From the NCBI RefSeq assembly GCF_009914755.1, contig NC_060934.1: a DNA stretch of 64,000 bases; one strand, given 5' to 3'. Shown piece after piece: positions 52,540 to 64,000 of this stretch; the first letter of the stretch is position 1, and each line of letters begins with the position of its first letter. Source of the stretch: the human T2T-CHM13v2.0 reference genome, Homo sapiens. A program made the translations under genes and the position numbers. The notes below the pieces were generated by a model. It did no database searches. It worked only from the letters and a program-made list of their open reading frames with translations, and was not told where the DNA came from.

Positions 52540-52918
52540 TGATATGGTTTGGCTGTGTTCCCACTCAAATCTCATCTTGAATTGTAGCTCCCATAATTCC
52601 TACATGTTGTGGGAGGGATCCAGTGGGAGGTAATTGAATCATGAGGGCGAGTTTTTCCTGTGCTGTTCTCGTGATAATGGATAAGTCTCGTGGCATCTGA
52701 CGGTTTTCTGAAGGGGAGTTTGCCTGCACACGTTCTCTTGTCTGCTGCCATGTAAGACATGCTTTTGCTTCTCCTTTTCCTTCTACCATGATTGTGAGGC
52801 CTCCCCAGGCCTTTAATTGACTCACATGTGGAACTGTGAGTCACTTAAACCTCTTTCCTTTATAAATTACCCAGTCTCAGGTATGTCTTTATTCACAGCA
52901 TGAGAATAGACTAATACA
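52540..52918 (+). mobile_element. THE1-family MaLR solo LTR inserted in an L1
   Basis: TGATATGGTTTGGCTGTGTTCCCACTCAAATCTCATCTTGAATTGT...GACTAATACA; 5-bp TSD TCTTC. Confidence 0.9.
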
Positions 52919-53740
52919 TCTTCTGAGAGTTATAGTTTTAATGCTTACATTTAAGTCTATGATTCATTTGGAGTTAATTTTTGTACTTGGTTTAAGGAAG
53001 AGGTCTAACTTTATCCTTCTGCCATGTGGATACACCATTATCGCAGCACCTTTGTGGAAAGGACTGTTCTCCATAAAGTTGTCTTGATACCCTTGTTGAA
53101 AATCGCTTCATCATAAATGTGGGGGTTCCTTTGTGGACACTCAGTCTATATGTCTGTCCTTATGCCAATATCACACAGTTGTTTGGGTTTTTTTCCCTGG
53201 TCACTAGACTAGCAGGGAACACACAGTTTTAATGACTGTAGTTTTATATTTTGTTCTTCTTTCAAGATTGTTTTTACTACTCTTAGTCCCTTGCATTTTC
53301 ATATGAATTTTAGGTTCATTGTGTGAATCTTCTTAATTTGGAGTGGATGCTACAGAAGATTCCCAATAGTGAACTGAGGACCAAAATTATCCAGAAGCCT
53401 CTACGTGGCAAAGGAAAGATCAGGGAACCAGGCAGGTCATTTATTGGTACTAGGTACATTTTGGAAATTTTCTAAAGAATCATCTTCTCCAGGGGTGGAG
53501 GCACTCCCTACTGGCATGCTGGCCTCAGTTTCCTAGTGAGTCAAATGACTGGATTTAGGGGATTGGAATTCTAAGAAAATCAAGGGTTCAGGAGCAAGGG
53601 CAGATCTCCAGACAGCTCTGTGTAGACCAGGGCCTGGAGGAGAGTTGGAGGATACATGTTGCTTCCACATTGACCTAAGGCTTAGGCTCTTACTGCTATT
53701 CAATAATTCAAGATTTAAAGGAGACGGGTGGGATGGCTCA

Positions 53741-54028
<288 letters not shown>

Positions 54029-54684
54029 TTATTTTAAAAAAATAAAAATAGGATCAGCTCTATGTGGGCCAGGCTCTCTCCAACACAGGCTCGCTTTCCT
54101 GGAAGGAAGGAACACTTCCATTAGTTCTCTTCATGTTAAAATACAATATGCCCCTAAAAGCCATTGGAAACACTAATCAGAAAGGGACTCTCATAAACTG
54201 CTGGAGGACATAAATCAGTATAGTTTTTCTAGAGGAGTATTTTTCAATACACATCAAAACACTCTAAAGAAATTTTCACTCTTCAATTCAGTGATTCTCC
54301 TTTTGACAATTTATCTGTAAGAAATAGAGATTTACCTATGAGGCTATCATTTGCATAATTATTTACAATATTGATGAATTAGATGAAACCTATACATCTA
54401 TCTATAATAGACTGTAAACCACTGTGCCTCTAACACACAACCTAAAAATGTCTATATGGATTAATAGCATAGACTGTTTTTTATCACAATATACTAAGTG
54501 AAAGCAGAATATCAAATAGATTGTACAGAATGTACCAAATTTTATTTTTAAAATATACACTACAAGAGCCGGGCATGGTGGCTCACACTTGTATTCCTAT
54601 TACATTGGGAGGCCAACGTGGGAAGTTCGCTTGAGCTCAGGAGTTCAAAACCAGCACAGGCAACATAGCAAGACCCTGTCTCTA

Positions 54685-54718
<34 letters not shown>

Positions 54719-54911
54719 TTTTGCCAGGTGTGGTGGCACACACCTGTAGTTCCAGCTACTCGGGAGGCTAAGGTGTGGGGATCACTTGAGCCCAGGAATT
54801 CAGAACTTCAGTGAGCCACGATCATACCATGGCACTCTGGGTGACAGAGTGAGACCCTGTCTCTAAAAAATAATTAGATAAGTAAAAGTAAAAATATAGA
54901 TTATATATACC

Positions 54912-55577
54912 TGTTAGCAGTGACAAATTCATACAGGTATGCAGCACCCTCAATCCTTACCTCTTCAGAAGAAAGAATTCAACAGAGGAGGAACGTAAGG
55001 CAGAGTAAGAGACCGAGGCAAGTTTAGAGCAGGAGTGAAAGTTTATTAAAAAGTTTTTAGAGCAGGGACAAAGAGGGCCAAGCGGGCGACTTGAGAGATT
55101 CAAGTGTGTGGCTTGACTTTCGGCTTGGGGTTTTATACATTGGCATGCTTCTGGGAATTGCCTCCTTTCTCCCCATATTCTTCCCCTGGGGTGGGCTGTC
55201 CGCATGTGCACAGTCGCCTGCTAGCGCTTGCGAGGGGCCACATGTGCAGTGTGTTTGCTGAAGTTGTGCGCATACTCACTTGAGGTTCTGATCTCTCACC
55301 AGTCGAGTGTTCCCAGAAGGTGGTCATGTGCCAGTTAAACTCAGCCATTTTGCTTCTTAGTGCCATGCTTGAGCCCACTCACCCAATTCCTGAGCTCTTC
55401 ACCAGCTTCAGGTGTTTTCTCTTGGGAGACTACCTTTCCCTGGCGCTGGCTGCCACCAATTATTATTTTGGAGAGAGAGTTAACAACTGCCTAACCATCA
55501 CCTGATGGTCGCCTGACATTCCAGGTGTGGGAGGGCGGCTCTCTTGCCCTGCTCGTGTCTACCTACTTACTGTAACA
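54912..55577 (-). mobile_element. ERV1-class solo LTR (LTR9/MER50-like)
   Basis: TGTTA...TAACA termini; internal AATAAA on the minus strand; resembles recalled MER4-group LTRs; subfamily uncertain. Confidence 0.75.
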
Positions 55578-56871
55578 TACATAGAAATCTTTTGATGTAT
55601 ATACAGTAAAATATTAAGTGATTATCTGTAAGGCAAAATTGCAGGTAACTTCTTTCTCCTGTTGCTTTTCTGCATGTTCCATTTTTTATATTGAATATTT
55701 ATTATCATTGTAATTAGAAACAAAACATATTGGCTGGGTGCAGTGGCTGACATCTGTAATCCTAGTGCTTTGGGAGGCCTAGGTGAGAAGATTGCTTGAG
55801 GCCAGGAGCTCGAGACTAGCCTGGGCAACATAGCAAGAGCCCATGTCTACAAAAAAAAAAAAAAAAAAAAATTAGCTGGGCATGGTGGCCCACATCGGTA
55901 GTCCTAGCTACTCAGGAGGCTAAGGTGGGAGGATCCCTTGAGCCCAGGAGTTTAAGGTTACAGTGAGCTGTGATTGCACCACTGCACTCCAGCCTGGGCA
56001 ACAGAGCAAGACCCTGTCTCAAAGAAACAAAACATATTAAATGTTATTTTTGAAAATACTAATCAAATGAATGCATAAGATAACAGGGGAGAAAAAAAAT
56101 GTGTGTTGGCCAATCTTAAATCATCTTTGCCACCTTCTGGGAAATCGTGACTGGAGCCAAGCAGCTCTTGTATAAAGGCGGGGACGTGTGAGGCTCTGAA
56201 TTTCAGAGGGGAAGAAGGAAGATGCAGTGGCCAAGGGTCTTTGATGGCCTCTGGCTCCAAGAAACAGAAAATTAACAACAGTTAACATTTAAAACAAAGA
56301 AAGAAACCTGTACATTTTGTTTTGGAGAAGTCAGTATTACAAAGGGGAGATCAAAAAAGAAAGTTTGCAAAAGCAGGTCCCTTTGTCATTTGGTAATGTG
56401 TGACATCTAAATTGGATTGACTTGCTTTGGTTTCTTTAAAAACTCATTATATTCAATTACAAAATGACAAATCAGTCTTTGGATGACTGCCTGATTCTAT
56501 TAGTGTACAGACTTAAATGGCTCCATCTAGATTTGGGAGTTTATCATAGTTTGATTGCCTTTGCTATTCTCAGTGGATTACTTAATTACGCCAAAAACTA
56601 AGTGAAGCTAAAAAATTGTCCAAAATGTGCAGGTGTTGGTCTGCATGGGTTTATTTGTATTTACCAAGGGAAAACGGCAAAAAGTAATCTGTTTTGTTGA
56701 AGCAGCCATTTTTATCCAGAAAGTGTCCTAAGTTTGACCCAAGACATTTTGGGAAACTGCTTGTAACTGAACAAGACCAGAGACAATAATGGCAACACAG
56801 TAGTCTTGGAGCCAAGAAATGGAGAGCACAGGAGCACTTTATTATGCTTATTGTTTATTTTTGGTTCATAA

Positions 56872-57006
<135 letters not shown>

Positions 57007-57930
57007 TGAGTAGCTAGGAATACAGGTGTGTGCCACCATGCCTGGCCAATTATTTTATTTTCTGTAGAGACAGGGTCTTGCTATGTTGCCAGAACTAGTC
57101 TTGAACTCCTGGGCTTAAGCTATCCTCCCACCTTGGCCTCTCAAAGTGTTGGAATTACAGGTGCGAGCCACCACACCTGGCTTAACACTTTTTTTTTTTT
57201 TTGAGACAAGATCTCACTCGGTCTCCCAGGCTGGAGTGCAGTCTGGCTCACTGTGGCCTCGACCTCCCAGGCTCAAGTGATCCTCCCACCTTAGCCCCCC
57301 AAGTACAGGCAAGTGCCACCACACCCAGCTAATCTTTGTATGTTTTGTAGAGACAGGGTTTCATCATGTTGCCCAGGCTGGTCTTGAACTCCTGAGCTCA
57401 AGCGATCTGCCCACCTCAGCCTCCCTAAGTGTTGGCAGGCACGAGCCATTGCGCCCAGCCAACACTCTTAATTATAGTGGATTTAACAGGACTGAGCATT
57501 CTTAAGCTTGCCTGTGAGTGATGGTCTCAATTTATGGCTATTTTACACACACTGTCATACAATAGCTTTTATCTAGTAATCAGATGGTTCTCTGCAGGAA
57601 AAGTATTATTATGGTCAATGTGAAAAACTGGAGTTTGCAACCATACTGTCTAGAAAGCAGCTTTACTGGAATTGCTGCCTTAAATCATAAGAACTGACTT
57701 TTTTTTTACTGTTTTTTTTCTTTCTGGATTCAGGTGTGAATGAAAGAAAATGAGATCTGGAACCTTGATGCTATTGAATCAAACTCTACTTTCCTCGCTT
57801 GTAAATTGGGGTAGGGTAACAACCATGATAATTATGACAACAGCAGCCAGCTTTCCTCCTTGCCTCATACAATCTTTGTGAGGCTTAAATGACCAAATAA
57901 TATTGGATGCTTTACATTTGCCTGACACTC

Positions 57931-58304
57931 TGTATTAGTCTGTTCTCACAGTGCTATGAAGAAATACCCAAGACTGGGTAATTTATAAAGGAAAGAGGTT
58001 AAATTGACTCACAGTTCTGTATTGCTGGGGAGGCCTCAGAAAACTTACAATCATAGCAGAAGGCAAAAGAGAAGCAAACACCTCCTCCACAGGGCAGCAG
58101 GGGAGCAAGTGCAAGCAGGAAATGCCAGGTGCTTATAAAACCATCAGCTCTCGTGAGACTCACTCACTATCACGAGAACAGCATGGGAGAAACCACCCCC
58201 ATGATCCAATTACCTCCACCTGGTCTCACCCTTGACAAGTGGGGATTATGGGGATTACAATTCAAGGTGAGATTTGGGTGGCGACATGAAGCCAAACCAT
58301 ATCA
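57931..58304 (-). mobile_element. THE1/MST MaLR solo LTR
   Basis: TGTATTAGTCTGTTCTCAC...GCCAAACCATATCA; imperfect 5-bp TSD CACTC/CACTG. Confidence 0.88.
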
Positions 58305-58650
58305 CACTGCCTAGTTGTTTATAAATCTCATTTCATTCTCACATAAACTATATCCAGTAGCTGCTTTTGTTGTTCTTCACATTATATAAATGAGAAAAAC
58401 CAAGGCTCAGAAAGGAGAAAATACCTTGCTTGAAATTATGCTTTTGTCACATGGCATAGTTAGAATTCAAACCAAGTTCTATCTGATTATAAAGCACTCC
58501 TGTTTAAGTGAAAAGTTCCTTTTTCCATTTTAACTTCATTTTGTATTTCCTTAAACATTATCTGTACAATTATTAGAGTTGGTAATATCTGCACATCGTA
58601 TACAATACCAAAATATGTACACAAGGGTAAAAAGTGAAAATAAGTCTTCT

Positions 58651-58978
58651 AGCTGGGTGCTGTGGCTCACGCCTGTAATCCCAGCATTTTGGAAGGCCAA
58701 GGCCAGTGAATCACCTGAGGTCAGGAGTTCGAGACCAGCCTGGCCAATATGGTGAAACCCCATCTCTACTAAAAATACAAGAATTAGCTGGTCGTGGTGG
58801 CAGGCACCTGTAATCCCAGCTACTCAGGAGGCTGAGGCAGAGAATTGCTTGAACCTGGGAAGCGGAAGTTGCAGTGAGCCGAGATCCTGCCACTGCACTC
58901 CAGCCCGGGCAACAAGATCCTGCCACTGCAATCCAGCCTGGGCAACAAGAGAGAAATTCAGTCTCAAAAAAAAAAAAC
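58651..58978 (+). mobile_element. Alu with an internal 33-bp tandem duplication
   Basis: TSD GAAAATAAGTCTT; duplicated AGATCCTGCCACTGCA...GGCAACA. Confidence 0.9.
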
Positions 58979-59123
58979 CCAAAAACAAGAAAATAAGTCT
59001 TTCTCCCTTTCCTATACAGTATACTTGACATCCCTTTCCTATACAGTATACTTGACACCTGGTTTCCTTCTTGATGTAGTCACAGTTACCAGTTTATCCC
59101 ATGGGAGATATCTTATGGATTAA

Positions 59124-59148
<25 letters not shown>
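59124..59148. repeat. (AC)n microsatellite
   Basis: Direct reading. Confidence 0.9.
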
Positions 59149-59154
<6 letters not shown>

Positions 59155-59374
59155 GCCGCCATTGTTTTCACATAAATGGTAGCATCCTATAGTGTTCTGT
59201 AGCTTGCTTAGTATTTCATGTTATAGAAATATCAGAATGTTTGCAGTCCTTTTTAAATAGACATTCAAGGATAGTCCAGTCTTCAAACATCAAAAATGTT
59301 AGGCCGGACGTGGTGGCTTATGTCTGTAATCTCAGTACTTTGGGAGGCTGAGGTGGGTAGATCACCTGAGGTCA

Positions 59375-59614
<240 letters not shown>

Positions 59615-59681
59615 TCAAAAATATTGCTGTAATAAATATTCTTTGGGGAAAACATACATGAAGGATAAACTGCTAAACTAG

Positions 59682-60519
<838 letters not shown>

Positions 60520-61304
60520 CTAGTAGTGAAACTACTCTTCACGTTGTATGTGTTTTGAATTTTGATAAATATTGCCACATTGCCTTCCCTAGAGGTTATA
60601 TCAATTTACAATATTGGCAAGAATATGGGTTTTTTTTTAACATCCTACCAACAAATTATGACAAATAAAAACATGTTCTTTTACAACTTTTATTTTAACA
60701 TATTTTATTTTGTTGTATATTTTTATGTTTGAAAATCACCTTGAATTACTTTTACTCAAATTTTAACTTTGTTTCCCTTGCACTTTTTTTTTTAGTTTAT
60801 GTAAAAATTTATTTGACCAAAATGTAGAAAAAGTGATACTATTACATATGATACAGTTGTAAGAATCTTAAGAAAAGTATGGATTTTATTCAATAGCACA
60901 ATTTGCTAGTGTATTTCCTGGATAGTGTGATGCTGAATAAATAGGAGTAGGGTGGTGGGGTGGGGTGGATAGGGGATTCAGATAAGCCAGAAGCAGGGTG
61001 ATTTTTAGTCAGAATTGAAAACTTGAGTTGGCCCCCACACGCTGCTGGGGAATGTGAAATGTTTCAGCTCTGAGATGTTAACTGAGAAAACAAAGTAAAA
61101 AGAAGCCAAAATGTGCAGCCCCGTCTTCAAAATCCTCCATTATCCAGTTTAATCAGGAGTTTCTTGGTCTTTTATCAACTTGGTCCTAAAGAAGGAATTC
61201 AAGTTCTACATAAGTGAAACTTCCATTTGCTATTCCTGAAGTATGGAAATGAAGTTGGGCCAGTTTTTAATCTCTGCTGCCAGAGAGGCCCTTTCTGCTA
61301 ATAG

Positions 61305-61743
<439 letters not shown>

Positions 61744-61841
61744 AGAGAACAACTTTAGAATGAAAGAAATATGCAGAAGAACATCACATCAAGCATCTAT
61801 CCAGAAAATATGTGGGTAATTATGAAGCATTCTCATGCTGA

Positions 61842-62367
<526 letters not shown>

Positions 62368-63286
62368 TAAAGTGCTGGGTATACAGGCGTGAGCCACTGT
62401 GACTGTCCGCCCTCTGTCTTAAGAGACTGCGTTTACTAGGAAATACCCTGCCTACCTTAGGAATAAATGCAACGCAAAGGAAAAAATAGAGCTGAAAAAG
62501 CTGGTGCCATTTTTAAAAAAAGGAAGAAATGAGATTTAACTGGTGCTCAAAGCTTCTGATACAAAATATGTGGTCATGTATTCATAATTTGCTTGACATT
62601 TCCAGCAAAACAAAGATGGCAATAACAAAAGAAACTTCTTACAAGAGAAGAGAAAGACACTCGGAGCTCCGGAGTTTCTGCTGGAACAAGGCTCTTCCGT
62701 TTTGGTTATATACAGTCAAGTTCATTTAGTGCCTGATCCAGTGTCTGATATAAGCCCGCGCTCTCTTCTTTGGCCTGGGCAAATTTCTCTTCCAGGTCAT
62801 CAGTTGTCTTTTCCAGTTTTGCAACCATTATCTCTACAAATTCAGCACGGATCTCAGCCTCCTTCAGTTGTCAGACAGAAGTTTAATTTTTTCTTCGTAT
62901 TTGTCCTCCTTGTCAGAATACTTTCCAATGCAGCCTCCGGCGGTTTCAGATTGTTAGTGACATTCTTGAGTTCTTCTGCCAGGTCACCACATTTTAGTTC
63001 AGACACCTCTGCACGCTCCTCTGCTCTGGCCAGTTCGCCCTCCGTGATGGCCAGTTTCCGAGCTACCTCCTCTTATTTGCGGTCAGCCTCCGGCCGCAGT
63101 GTGCTTGGCCTCTTTGAGCTGCATCTCCCGAATCCATCTTCTCCTCATCCCTCATAGCCCGGTTTTCTATCACCTTCATTCTCTCTCACGCTCATCTGCA
63201 GCCTTTTCCCCCCTCCTCTAGCTTCTGCAGGGCCGTGACCAGTCGTTCCCGAGCCCCGTCCAACTCCTCCTTAAAGAGCTGGATGC

Positions 63287-63345
63287 ACATGTACCCTAAA
63301 ACTTAAAGTATAATAATAATAATAAAAAAAGAAAAAAAAAAAAAA
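63287..63345 (+). mobile_element. Extremely 5'-truncated L1PA insertion inside the TPM4 pseudogene
   Basis: ACATGTACCCTAAAACTTAAAGTATAATAAT plus A tail (L1PA 3' terminus); 14-bp TSD AAAGAGCTGGATGC at 63273-63286 and 63346-63359. Confidence 0.92.
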
Positions 63346-64000
63346 AAAGAGCTGGATGCGTCAGTTGAGGACAGCCACATTGCCTTCAGCTTTCTCGCGC
63401 CGCTCGCTCGCGCCCCCCGCTCGCGCCCCCAGTCCAGCTGCCGCTGCAGGCCCTGCGCGCAGTCTTCGCCTTGTCCGCCTGCTGCGGCAGGGCCTGAATC
63501 TTGCGTTTCACCGCCTGCGGCGGGCGCCCCGGACCCGGCCGGGTTCGGACGACAGCTGCACGGCCGCGCCTCGGCCCCTGAACTTTTGCCTGCACCGGGG
63601 CCGCCCCGCACCCCCCGCCAACCCCCAGCCCCGGCCCGGCTGCCGTCGGGGCGATGAGGTCACCCGCCCTTGCACGATATCTGTTGATTTGGGGATTTGT
63701 TCCTACTGACTATAGGAGTCAATTTTCTTGGGTTTTTCAGGCACGACGATAGCAACTAAAGTTTTTGCTTCCATCTTTTAAATGTTTTATTTCTTGTTAC
63801 TTTTTTCTGATTCCAGTTGAACTATACTGTAATGGTAAATAGCCTTGTTATTTATTTATTTATTTATTTATTTTATTTTATTTTATTTTTTTACGACACG
63901 GGGTTTCACTCTGTCGCCCAGGCTGGAGTGCAAGTGGTGCCATCTTGGCTCACTGCAACCTTCACCTCCTGGGCTCAAGCGATCCTCCTACCTCAGTCTC

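Larger units (their letters stand above)
50680..53330 (-). mobile_element. Old L1 hosting MER9, THE1 and Alu insertions
   Basis: Collinear minus-strand L1 ORF2/3'UTR sequence between the nested inserts. Confidence 0.75.

Noticed and set aside
62702-63157. 151-aa plus-strand ORF
   Set aside because: Antisense shadow of the TPM4 pseudogene coding region

Overview
Repeat-dense mammalian genomic DNA, most likely human (CPN1 protein matches the human sequence as I recall it, Alus are abundant, and the SVA looks like subfamily F). The left half holds coding exons 1-7 of CPN1 (carboxypeptidase N catalytic subunit) on the minus strand. All junctions are GT-AG and the phases join into one open frame of 1111 nt; the remaining exons lie left of the window. 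The right half is upstream/intergenic sequence with a full-length SVA, four solo LTRs plus a second THE1/MST LTR, and a processed TPM4 pseudogene. I found no supportable new protein-coding system: nearly all other ORFs are Alu, L1 or SVA read-through. Items worth follow-up are (1) a ~535-bp NUMT in CPN1 intron 5 carrying a foldable mt-tRNA-Lys, a complete ATP8 frame and 94 codons of ATP6, all sense in the CPN1 pre-mRNA; (2) a 44-bp-arm fold-back hairpin at an Alu/L1 breakpoint; (3) a 108-bp, 94%-identical direct repeat flanking exon 2; (4) an SVA whose hexamer head is (ACCTCC)11 and whose VNTR has higher-order repeats; (5) a 59-bp L1 micro-insertion inside the TPM4 retrocopy. Repeat subfamily names come from recalled consensus sequences and need RepeatMasker confirmation. 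Only a subset of the roughly 50+ Alus is listed.
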